A model generated the notes under the pieces. That model did no database searches and had not been told where the DNA came from. It saw nothing but the letters and a program-made list of their open reading frames with translations. From an uncultured Candidatus Saccharibacteria bacterium (GTDB lineage Bacteria > Patescibacteriota > Minisyncoccia > UBA6257 > WO2-44-18), in contig CAZDBT010000002.1 in assembly GCA_964503795.1 (NCBI GenBank), positions 17,989 to 81,988 on the forward strand: 64,000 nt of DNA, given 5' to 3'. Each line of letters begins with the position of its first letter. Positions within the stretch are counted from its first letter, which is position 1. This document shows, in pieces, positions 38,969-47,100 of this stretch. The translations under genes were made by a program, and so were the position numbers.

Positions 38969-39182
38969 GTCGCTCAACAATTCCCTCTTCCCTCAACCCG
39001 TTCCGTTTGCTCCTGCGGCAAACTTCACTTAACGCTCGCGCTAATCGGGTTTTTGTTCATAAATTATACAAAAACCTCCTAGCCGATTAAGCTCGCTCGG
39101 GTTTCGGAGAAGAGAGAATTGTTTCGCTTAATTTGCTAGGATAATGCCAAAAAACATCTATTTTTAGCCTATTTTAGCTCTA

Positions 39183-39212
39183 TTGACAAAGTAGGTATAT
39201 TTATGGTATATT
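39183..39212 (+). promoter_or_regulatory. Sigma70 promoter TTGACA-18-TGgTATATT
   Basis: TTGACA at 39183-88 and an extended -10 TGGTATATT at 39204-12. It lies about 68 nt upstream of the ATG at 39280, which has SD AAGGAGAC. Confidence 0.55.
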
Positions 39213-39279
39213 ACTAGTGTCCTCAAGTGAGGATTTAGCACCTTAAAGAAACCCAAAAACTCGAATCAAGGAGACTGAG

Positions 39280-39567
39280 ATGAGCTTCGGAGAATTCGCT
39301 GTTAGCGCGGTGGCTCGCATGTTCTGCTCAATCCTGGCTGTTTGCTGTTTCATGCTTGCCGCCGGATCTCCCAGCTGGGCAGTGTCCGCAGTTTTCGATG
39401 GGGCCATGATCGGAATGGTCATCGGCCTCCTGATCTGCTTCGCTCACTATAAGTGGGTGGAGGAAGGAAGCTTCTGGGGTTTGCTGATGTTGGCGCGAGT
39501 GCCACCGCCAGTGGTGGTTGTGTACTCAATCGACACCAAGCATCTGGCCAGGTTTTTCGGGAAGTAA
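39280..39567 (+). CDS. Hypothetical small membrane protein (95 aa, 2-3 TM)
   Basis: Strong SD and hydrophobic helices. GC-richer and CTG/GAG-rich codon usage relative to its neighbours. Confidence 0.45.
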   Translation: MSFGEFAVSAVARMFCSILAVCCFMLAAGSPSWAVSAVFDGAMIGMVIGLLICFAHYKWVEEGSFWGLLMLARVPPPVVVVYSIDTKHLARFFGK

Positions 39568-39594
39568 GGTTTCCGGAGGATTTCCTAAAAATCC
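39564..39594 (+). repeat. 31-nt direct repeat copy 1 (gtaaggtttccggaggatttcctaaaaatcc), beginning at the stop codon
   Basis: Identical to 40023-40053. It contains a GGATTT-cctaa-AAATCC hairpin. Confidence 0.8.
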
Positions 39595-39722
39595 TCTTTA
39601 CCCAGCATCTTCTCACGAAAGTGATAAGGTGCTGGGCTCTGTCCTCGGATGTGCATCCGAGCTGATGAGCCAGAAATGGCGAAACAGAAAGTTCTTTTTC
39701 AAAAACAAAATAAGGAGGAAAC

Positions 39723-40026
39723 TATGTCGGAAACAGCGCCGAAGGTGCAGTTCACGACGAGTCCGGCTGTTCGAGTTATCGTTCTGGGGGAAGCCGACCC
39801 CGCCAATCGGTCCATCCCCACGTACTATGCCGACGATGGGATAGTTGACCGTTTCTGGCAGTTCATACAGGACGAAAAGATCGATCAGATTTGCCTCTAC
39901 AGCCACGACGAAGCGGAACGTTTTGCGAATTGGGGCGGATTCGACGGTTTTTTCGCTCCTGTAGACATCCCGAAAATCGAGGCCTGGCTTGCTAAGAATG
40001 GAGTCCAGCGCACCGATCAGCTGTAA
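39723..40026 (+). CDS. Hypothetical protein (100 aa)
   Basis: Start at MSETAPKVQF, with strong SD AAGGAGGAA 5 nt upstream. The longer ORF from 39649 lacks an SD. Confidence 0.45.
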
Positions 40027-40053
40027 GGTTTCCGGAGGATTTCCTAAAAATCC
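40023..40053 (+). repeat. 31-nt direct repeat copy 2, followed by a terminator
   Basis: Identical to 39564-39594. It is followed at 40055-40083 by the hairpin gcccctcc..ggaggggc and ttttcttt. Confidence 0.8.
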
Positions 40054-40082
40054 CCAGCCCCTCCTCGGAGGGGCTTTTCTTT

Positions 40083-40122
40083 CAAACTATTTATCTAGAC
40101 GGCCGTCTAGATAAATAGTTTG
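40083..40122. repeat. Perfect 40-bp palindrome caaactatttatctagacgg|ccgtctagataaatagtttg
   Basis: An exact 20+20 inverted repeat with no spacer and no adjacent T-run. It lies 56 nt upstream of the GTG start at 40178. Confidence 0.85.
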
Positions 40123-40177
40123 CTTATTTCACGGCTTGATGTTAGAATAGCCAACGGCTCATTTGAGGAGGTAGGCT

Positions 40178-40420
40178 GTGAAACGTCTCAAGTCTGAAGA
40201 GCTGGGCGCGGCGCTGAAGGGCGCCACGATCACTAACTTTTGGGTTGTGAACGGTCGGGAGGTAATGTTGGAAACGACCGCCGGTTCGGTGGTAATGCTC
40301 AATGAAGTGAGTTACGAGCTACTTCCGAAGACCGCGTCCAACACGGCACTGGACTCTCGCGCCGAAACCAGAAAGCTGGAGAAAGCGCCGACACCCTTTG
40401 TTCCCGACAACGGTTGCTAG
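40178..40420 (+). CDS. Hypothetical small protein (80 aa)
   Basis: GTG start with SD GAGGAGG 7 nt upstream. Followed by a terminator. Confidence 0.4.
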   Translation: MKRLKSEELGAALKGATITNFWVVNGREVMLETTAGSVVMLNEVSYELLPKTASNTALDSRAETRKLEKAPTPFVPDNGC

Positions 40421-40445
40421 TCCCCGCAAGGGGACTTTTTTGTTA
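40418..40445 (+). terminator. Rho-independent terminator
   Basis: Hairpin agtccccgcaaggggact followed by ttttttg. The hairpin is nearly identical to the one at 12547-12563. Confidence 0.75.
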
Positions 40446-40450
40446 TTTCC

Positions 40451-40485
40451 TCATACTTTATACTTGATACTGTATACTTAATACT
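40451..40485 (+). repeat. Array of 5 tandem heptamers NNATACT immediately upstream of the serS start
   Basis: Sequence tcatact ttatact tgatact gtatact taatact, then tatctctATG. Confidence 0.7.
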
Positions 40486-40492
40486 TATCTCT

Positions 40493-41776
40493 ATGTTAGA
40501 TATCGAACTCGTTCGTAAAAATCCCGATCTAGTAAAAGCAGGGGTCGCTAAAAAGAAAGTGCCGGCCAGCGCCGTGGATTTGCTGTTGGAAAAAGACTTA
40601 AAGTGGCGAGAAGCGGTAAAGAAAATTGAAGACCTGCGCGCTAAGCTGAATCAGTTCAGTAAAGAACGAAATATTGAAGAGGCGAAAAAAGTTAAAGAAG
40701 AAATGAAGGCCGCCGAGCAGTTTTTGCCAGAGTTGGAAAAGGAAAGGAATCTGGCCTGGATAAAACTTCCTAACCTGCCCGCAGATGATGTGCCGGTGGG
40801 ACCGGATGAATCAGGTAACAAACCGATCCGCCAATGGGGCGAGCCGCCGAAGTTCAATTTTGAGCCGAAAGATCATTTAGCTCTTGGAGAAGCGTTAGGA
40901 ATTATTGATACTGAAACCGCCGGAAAAGTTTCCGGTAGCCGTTTTGCATATCTGAAAGGGGATGCGGCGCTTTTGCAAATGGCAATAATCAAGTTCGTGT
41001 TTGATGCGCTTGGCAATGAGAAAGTTCTAAAAAAGATCGCCAACGGTGTTGAGAAAGGCTATTCGCCGAAGCCGTTCATGCCGGTGCTTCCGCCGGTGAT
41101 GATCAAGCCGGAAGTGTTTAAGAGAATGGCGCGTTTGGATCCCGGGCAGGAGGAAGAGCGCTATCATCTTCAAACCGACGACCTTTATCTGGTCGGCAGC
41201 GCCGAGCACACTCTCGGTCCTATGCATATGGACTCTACAATTCAGGAGGACCAACTCCCATTGCGCTATATCGGCTATTCCACCAGCTTCCGCCGCGAGG
41301 CCGGTTCACATGGGAAAGATGTGAAGGGAATTTTGCGGATGCACCAGTTCGATAAATTGGAGATGGAATCATTCACAACTCCGGAAAATTCCCGTAAGGA
41401 ACAGGATTTTATCGTAGGCATTCAGGAATATCTGATGCAGCAATTACAGATACCATATCAGGTAGTTTCGGTTTGCACGGGTGATATGGGTGGCCCGGAT
41501 TATCGGCAGATCGATATTGAAGCCTGGTTGCCCGGTCAAAATAAGTATCGCGAGACCCACACTTCCGACCTGATGACCGACTACCAATCCCGCCGGTTGG
41601 CCACGAAAGTAAAACGCAAAGACGGCAAATCCGAGCTGGTTCACATGAACGACGCCACCGCTTTTGCGATCGGCCGCATCATTATCGCGATCCTGGAAAA
41701 CTACCAGACCAAAGAGGGAACGGTGATGATCCCGAAAGTTCTAAGAAAGTTGGTTGGCAAAAAAGAAATTAAATAA
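40493..41776 (+). CDS. serS: Seryl-tRNA synthetase
   Basis: N-terminal coiled-coil arm and class II core (motif 2 FRREAGSHGKDVKGILRMHQF, motif 3 GRIIIAILEN). Length 427 aa. Confidence 0.9.
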   Translation: MLDIELVRKNPDLVKAGVAKKKVPASAVDLLLEKDLKWREAVKKIEDLRAKLNQFSKERNIEEAKKVKEEMKAAEQFLPELEKERNLAWIKLPNLPADDVPVGPDESGNKPIRQWGEPPKFNFEPKDHLALGEALGIIDTETAGKVSGSRFAYLKGDAALLQMAIIKFVFDALGNEKVLKKIANGVEKGYSPKPFMPVLPPVMIKPEVFKRMARLDPGQEEERYHLQTDDLYLVGSAEHTLGPMHMDSTIQEDQLPLRYIGYSTSFRREAGSHGKDVKGILRMHQFDKLEMESFTTPENSRKEQDFIVGIQEYLMQQLQIPYQVVSVCTGDMGGPDYRQIDIEAWLPGQNKYRETHTSDLMTDYQSRRLATKVKRKDGKSELVHMNDATAFAIGRIIIAILENYQTKEGTVMIPKVLRKLVGKKEIK

Positions 41777-41806
41777 AAAAATCCCGCCGAAAGGCGGGAT
41801 TTTTAG
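41775..41806. terminator. Bidirectional rho-independent terminator
   Basis: Hairpin aaaaaatcccgcc-gaaa-ggcgggatttttt. Confidence 0.75.
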
Positions 41807-42318
41807 TGGAACAGATAATGTCCGGTGATGATGAAGACCAGAGAAAAGGCGTTACTCGCGGAATGGAACATCCACGAGTAGAACGGATTTTTTGTCCGGA
41901 AGATCAGCCACCCCCAGATCAAACCGTAGGCAAACACTGCAACCGGGTAGTCGTGCGGTTTTGCCCAGAGCGCTGTGGCAAAGACCATCGGAACAGCGGT
42001 TGCTATGTGAGCTGCCCAGATGATCCTCTTATCCGGAGTTTTGGAAAAACAACGGAATAATACTAGCAGAATGATCAGGGCCGCCCAGTAAGGCCAGCGG
42101 CAGCTAAGTTCTTCCTTGGCCGGTATGATCACGACGAAATTATAAACATCCGATCGGGACTGCAATACTTCGTTGTAATACCTGGAAACCACCTCGTGGT
42201 AATCGGGCGGGTTAGGCAGTAGCCACTGATTGGCCGCGGCCAGCAGGGTCGCCGGGAACATGAGTATTGCCGCTTGAAATATCGGATGGATCTTTTTGAA
42301 TCTTTCCCAGAGCGTCAT
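41803..42318 (-). CDS. CPBP family intramembrane metalloprotease (CAAX protease-like), putative
   Basis: Multi-TM protein with EExxxR (EELSCR) and HxxxN (HSASN) motifs. Confidence 0.45.
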   Translation of the reverse strand: MTLWERFKKIHPIFQAAILMFPATLLAAANQWLLPNPPDYHEVVSRYYNEVLQSRSDVYNFVVIIPAKEELSCRWPYWAALIILLVLFRCFSKTPDKRIIWAAHIATAVPMVFATALWAKPHDYPVAVFAYGLIWGWLIFRTKNPFYSWMFHSASNAFSLVFIITGHYLFH

Positions 42319-42911
42319 GAGGCGCCGCCCTTTTTAAAACACCATTCCCAAATTGCCCGGTAGGCGATCCAGGCGTCCGTTCCCAGACCACAGAATTTCA
42401 ACGGGATCAGCAGATTGGAAAGTTCGGTAAAAATTACCATACCGAAAGCGATCATAAGGTAAGTAGGCACCGGAATAGCGAATAATTTCCAGGAGGCGTA
42501 ATATACGCCAAAAATGAAACCGCAGATCGCCAGCACGGTCAACGGACCGGCAATAGCCACAATGAATTGTTCTTTCGGATGGCGGTGGCGGTAGTAAAAA
42601 GCTTCCGGATTGTCTTTCTCTTTCATCTCGTCAGCCAGCTCTCCCAGTCCGCGGGACTCCGCCTTGAAGCAGGGGATTCCCAGGATCACCTTCGTGCCAT
42701 TTTTGAGAACTTGAGAATAAAGGCTGAAGATCCCGATCTGGAAAAAAACGACCCGAATACCGAACTTTCTCTGGAAGTAGTAATGCCCGAATTCGTGGAT
42801 GATCATTTCGACGATCACGAAGAAGGAGAAATAAATTACCAGCGACGGCCAAAACTCTTTCTGGTGTTCCAAAACCCATGGCCCGATCTGGTCCAGTAGG
42901 TGGTCCAGCAT
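42315..42911 (-). CDS. M50 (site-2 protease-like) membrane zinc metalloprotease
   Basis: HEFGHY HExxH motif inside a TM helix and a second metal-binding region. Overlaps the downstream gene by 4 nt (ATGA). Confidence 0.55.
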   Translation of the reverse strand: MLDHLLDQIGPWVLEHQKEFWPSLVIYFSFFVIVEMIIHEFGHYYFQRKFGIRVVFFQIGIFSLYSQVLKNGTKVILGIPCFKAESRGLGELADEMKEKDNPEAFYYRHRHPKEQFIVAIAGPLTVLAICGFIFGVYYASWKLFAIPVPTYLMIAFGMVIFTELSNLLIPLKFCGLGTDAWIAYRAIWEWCFKKGGAS

Positions 42912-43019
42912 AAGCCCTCCGCTCTTTTTATTTCAACGAAACTAGAATGATTTTATAACAAACCTTTCCAAAAGGCAATTTTTGTGGTAGATTAAGAGGG
43001 ATTTAAGCTCTAACTCCTT

Positions 43020-44129
43020 ATGTTTAAGACCTGGATAGAAATAAGCCGGAAAGCCGTTCAGCATAATCTGAAAACCTTCCGGAGTTTGATTGGCTCCAAA
43101 ACCAAGCTTTTTGCGGTGGTGAAATCTAACGCCTATGGGCACGGCTTAGTAACTTTTTCTAAGATCGCTGATTCTTTGGGAGTAGACGGTTTTTGTGTGG
43201 ATAGCGTGGTTGAAGGCGCGCGTTTGCGAGAAGAGGGAATTGAAAAGCCGATTTTAGTACTTGGTCCGACTTTCAAAAATCTTTTGAAATCTGCGGCAGA
43301 GAACGATATTACGATTACCATTTCCAGTCCGGAAGCTTTGCAAGAGTTAAAAGCATCAAAGTTTCATCCGGAATTTCATTTGAAGATAGACACCGGTATG
43401 CATCGCCAGGGTTTTTATGCGAAAGATCTGCCGGCGGCGCTGAAATTAATGAACGATGAATTAAAAGCTGACTGCTCCGGCGTCTATACCCATTTTGCTT
43501 CTGCTAAAGATATTAATTACCCAACGTTCACCGATCAGCAATTTTCCGAATTCCAGAAGGCCGTGAAAATTTTGGAAAAAGCCGGCTTGAAGAACCTTCT
43601 TCGTCATGTGGCGGCGACCGGTGGGACTTTAGTGAATAAAAAATATCACCTGGACGCGGTCCGGATTGGCATCGGACTTTACGGTTTGTGGCCATCCACT
43701 GAATTGGGAATTCAGATGGAGAAAATTAAATTGGAACCGGTTTTATCCTGGCGCGCGCTGATCAGCGAGGTGAAAGAAGTTGAAGCGGGAGATTTTATTG
43801 GTTACGACCTTACCGAGCGATTGGCGAAGAGATCAAAAATTGCCGTGATCCCGATCGGTTATTGGCACGGTTATCCGCGCTCACTTTCGGGCGTCGGCGA
43901 GGTTTTAGTTAATGGTCAACGGGCTAGGGTTTTAGGCCGGGTTTCCATGGATATGATCGTAGTGGACGTGACCGGCATCGCCATAAAAAGAGGGGACGTG
44001 GCCACTTTGATCGGCCGTCAGAAGGCGGATGAGATGAGCGCTTATGAAGTGGCCCGCCGCGCCGGCGGAGCTAGTTATTATGAGCTACTGACTCGGATCA
44101 ATCCCTTAGTTGAGCGCGTAGTTAACTAA
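43020..44129 (+). CDS. alr: Alanine racemase
   Basis: PLP-binding VVKSNAYGHG motif and fold-type III architecture. Length 369 aa. Confidence 0.9.
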   Translation: MFKTWIEISRKAVQHNLKTFRSLIGSKTKLFAVVKSNAYGHGLVTFSKIADSLGVDGFCVDSVVEGARLREEGIEKPILVLGPTFKNLLKSAAENDITITISSPEALQELKASKFHPEFHLKIDTGMHRQGFYAKDLPAALKLMNDELKADCSGVYTHFASAKDINYPTFTDQQFSEFQKAVKILEKAGLKNLLRHVAATGGTLVNKKYHLDAVRIGIGLYGLWPSTELGIQMEKIKLEPVLSWRALISEVKEVEAGDFIGYDLTERLAKRSKIAVIPIGYWHGYPRSLSGVGEVLVNGQRARVLGRVSMDMIVVDVTGIAIKRGDVATLIGRQKADEMSAYEVARRAGGASYYELLTRINPLVERVVN

Positions 44130-44866
44130 TGGCGATCTTTTTATCCAAGGCACAAAAACGCAGATATTACCGCCGGTTACGGCTGAAAGTTTATGCCTAT
44201 AGCGGCTTGTTGGCCCTGCTGTTAACCGGATCCGCTTATTTGTTATTGAATTTCCCATTTTTCCATATTAAAAAGTTTGACGTTTCCGGCTCGGTTGATT
44301 TTGATCAGATCCGCGGTGAACTACTGAAGGGCGACCTGGCGCGCCTGTTGGGGTTCTCCAATTTTCTTTCTTGGCCGTCGCGAGTTTCCGGATTGAATGT
44401 GGAAAAAGATTTTTTTACCGGCACTTTGCGTGTTGTGGCGGCGCCAACCGATCGATTCGCGATCTGGTGTGGAAAGGACTGCTATTGGGTAGATCGCTCC
44501 GGTCAGTTGATAGAAAAAGCTCCCGATACCGAAGGTTCGGCGATCGCGAAAGTTACCGACTTATCGGAACAGAATCTGAAGATCGGATCTTTAGTAACTT
44601 CGGCAGATTCTTTTGTGAACATTACAAAGATTATGGATGGTTTGAGCGAACTTGGTCTGGGAATTAGTGATTATCGCTTTGATTCTCGTCTTCAGGAGCT
44701 GCGCGCTTATAGTGTCCGTGGAGAAAAACTTATTTTCAGTCTGCGCTTCATCCCGTCAGCTAAGCTATTTTCTTATCTGAAAGACCTGGTTGATTCCGGT
44801 AAACTTCACACCGCCGAGTATATAGATTTCACCGTAGAGAACCGGATCTATCTTAAGTCTCGCTAG
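44129..44866 (+). CDS. FtsQ/DivIB-like cell division protein (single TM plus POTRA-like domain), putative
   Basis: Basic N-terminus, one TM helix and a periplasmic beta-rich domain. Start overlaps the alr stop. Confidence 0.45.
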   Translation: MAIFLSKAQKRRYYRRLRLKVYAYSGLLALLLTGSAYLLLNFPFFHIKKFDVSGSVDFDQIRGELLKGDLARLLGFSNFLSWPSRVSGLNVEKDFFTGTLRVVAAPTDRFAIWCGKDCYWVDRSGQLIEKAPDTEGSAIAKVTDLSEQNLKIGSLVTSADSFVNITKIMDGLSELGLGISDYRFDSRLQELRAYSVRGEKLIFSLRFIPSAKLFSYLKDLVDSGKLHTAEYIDFTVENRIYLKSR

Positions 44867-46683
44867 TTCAATTTATAAATAAATATAGAAGTCCCGGCGC
44901 GGGCAAATGTCCGCCAGCTGGCGGAGGCGGTCAGCCACTCGTATTTATCCTCTGCGTTCGGAGCTTGCTTGGCATTGGCGAGTTCGGTGGCGGATACGGC
45001 GAGCCAGTGGATGCCGACGTTGCTGGGGTCGCCTTTGGCCGACCGCCATTCCTCCGCTAAAGCTACCGTTCTCACATCCCCGCTACCATAATAATCAACG
45101 GCGATCTTATCGCCATCCGGTAAATTCGTTTCGGTCCAGGTTTTTAATCGATTTAGGTCTTGGCCAAGGTCGTAATCCGGGCCGGTGAGATATTGATAGC
45201 CGTTTTTCGTTCCGCCGGCGAGCAGGTTGGCGAATGATAGAAAATGCGGATAGGCGATCAGTGGAGTTATGAAAGAGGCGACGACTAGGATTGCCAGCAC
45301 CGCCGATTTCAAAGAGAGCTGAAGAAACTCTTCATACACAAGGAAAATTTTTATAACTAAGTTCTTGGCGTTAGTCAGTTCGGTTCCGGCAGACCATTTT
45401 TTTATTCCACTACCGACCAAAATAAATAAGAAGGGAAGTGTGGGCAGTATTTTTTCAAAGCCCGTCGCGCCCAGCGCCAATCCACCCGCCCAGTACAATA
45501 AAATAAAAATTAGTATCGCGAATTCGGTAAAGCTGGTATTTAGATAATCGGAGAAATTTTTGGCGCGGCGGCGAATCATATTCCAAGTGGCTTTGCCGGC
45601 GTTTATCAGTGAGAAAATAGCGGAGATCAGTATCAACGCTAGAACTGCCAAGGGAGTTTTCAGGATCGCGCTAAGGATCAGCGAGTACCAAACAGTTGTA
45701 GATTCCACCGGCCAGTTAAGCGTGATTCCCAAAATGTATTGTCCGATGGCGCGCAGGAAGGGAATGCCGGAAAGTTGGACCACGAAGTCGCCCAGCCATT
45801 TTGGACTGAAAGATCCAAGAAGAAAGGCGGTGTCGGACTGCTGTTTCTCTATCGGATAACCCAAGGTGAAGAGCGCGTAAAATCCAAATACCAATAATAG
45901 GCCGATCACGAAAATTACTAACAGAGATCGTAAATAGCGTTCGGCGCGCAGGAAAAATCGGCGGAAGCGATTTTCCGGTTGAGTCATTTCCCAGTCACGC
46001 CAGAGATTTGCCAGATAGAAAATGGTAAGAACCAATATAAAAAATGGAACTAGGATCAGCGCAGAGAAGCTGACGAGTTGGGCGAGGCCGAATGATAGTC
46101 CCGAAAGAAAAAGGTACTTTTTCGATGGGTGGGTCAAGAAATTCAAAAATGAGATGATTGCCAAGAAAATAGAAAGAGCAGTTGCGGCGGAAGCGATAGC
46201 GTAATGGCCGTGAGCAAGCACTACGGGCGAGAAGGCAAAAAGAAAAGCGGGCAGTAGCGCCCACCATTTGCCGATCAGTTCCTTGGCCAAGAAATAAATT
46301 GCAATTATTAAAAGCAGGGTCAGAATGATCGGCGCGATACGGGCGGAATTAATCATCCGTCCAGCGTCATTACCGGACTCATATAAAAATTGCTGGCCGA
46401 CGGAATCGGCATTGTTGATGTCGCGTTGCCAGTTGAGACTGGCCGTTGGGAAGCTAACTTTCTGGATTAAAAGTGGTAGGGCCGACAGCGCCTTGGCCAG
46501 CGGCGGTTGAGCGGGGTCGAGCCGATAGTCCAGATAGCGGAGATAGCCGTAACCGGAGGCTAAATTAGCCGGTTCAGAGGCTATTGGAGAGTCACCAAGC
46601 GAGCTTTTGACCATTAAAACTCCGGCCATAAATACAATGAAAGAGAGTATGAGTAGTCTGGCCAGGGTAGATAAGTGCCTCAT
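44863..46683 (-). CDS. GT-C glycosyltransferase, family 39/PMT-like (third paralog in this window)
   Basis: Polytopic N-terminal domain with an extracytoplasmic loop carrying acidic residues, and a large C-terminal soluble domain. TATAAT 8 nt upstream of the ATG. Confidence 0.55.
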   Translation of the reverse strand: MRHLSTLARLLILSFIVFMAGVLMVKSSLGDSPIASEPANLASGYGYLRYLDYRLDPAQPPLAKALSALPLLIQKVSFPTASLNWQRDINNADSVGQQFLYESGNDAGRMINSARIAPIILTLLLIIAIYFLAKELIGKWWALLPAFLFAFSPVVLAHGHYAIASAATALSIFLAIISFLNFLTHPSKKYLFLSGLSFGLAQLVSFSALILVPFFILVLTIFYLANLWRDWEMTQPENRFRRFFLRAERYLRSLLVIFVIGLLLVFGFYALFTLGYPIEKQQSDTAFLLGSFSPKWLGDFVVQLSGIPFLRAIGQYILGITLNWPVESTTVWYSLILSAILKTPLAVLALILISAIFSLINAGKATWNMIRRRAKNFSDYLNTSFTEFAILIFILLYWAGGLALGATGFEKILPTLPFLFILVGSGIKKWSAGTELTNAKNLVIKIFLVYEEFLQLSLKSAVLAILVVASFITPLIAYPHFLSFANLLAGGTKNGYQYLTGPDYDLGQDLNRLKTWTETNLPDGDKIAVDYYGSGDVRTVALAEEWRSAKGDPSNVGIHWLAVSATELANAKQAPNAEDKYEWLTASASWRTFARAGTSIFIYKLN

Positions 46684-46713
46684 TTATCTTTATTATACTA
46701 TCAATACTTACTC

Positions 46714-47064
46714 ATGTCTTTTGTGAAGTTTCCCAAGAACGACAAGAATTTTAAGTGGACTCAGCATATTAAAGATAAGATGCTTTTTTATGGAATTTCC
46801 GAGCAAAAAATAAAAACTATTTTAAAAAATCCCGACCGGAAAGAGGAGGGGATCGCTGAAGGCACTTTAGCCGTGATGAAGCGCAACGACACACCGAAGC
46901 GGAAACAGGAGATCTGGTTGATGTATCTGGCCGGTAAGGGCGCTAAGACAATGATCTCCACCTGGCGCTACCCCGGCAAGAGTAAGCCCGGAAAACGACT
47001 ACCGATCTCGGATGAACTGCTTCAAGAGATCAAGGAATCCTGGTTTGAGAAAGAAAAGGCGTGA
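46714..47064 (+). CDS. Hypothetical protein (116 aa)
   Basis: Start at MSFVKF, preceded by TTATACT..ATACTTACTC. No motif. Confidence 0.35.
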   Translation: MSFVKFPKNDKNFKWTQHIKDKMLFYGISEQKIKTILKNPDRKEEGIAEGTLAVMKRNDTPKRKQEIWLMYLAGKGAKTMISTWRYPGKSKPGKRLPISDELLQEIKESWFEKEKA

Positions 47065-47065
47065 A

Positions 47066-47100
47066 GAAAAAGCCCCCGCTGAACGGGGGCTTAGTTTCGT
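47066..47100. terminator. Bidirectional rho-independent terminator
   Basis: Hairpin aaaagcccccg-ctgaa-cgggggctt. Confidence 0.7.

Noticed and set aside
39649-39722. Earlier start (MCIRADEPEM) for the second small cassette gene
   Set aside because: It has no SD and overlaps a strong hairpin. The Met at 39723 has a perfect AAGGAGG SD.
40451-40485. Possibility that the heptamer arrays are a CRISPR array
   Set aside because: The units are 7 nt, directly tandem and have no spacers. No cas genes are adjacent.
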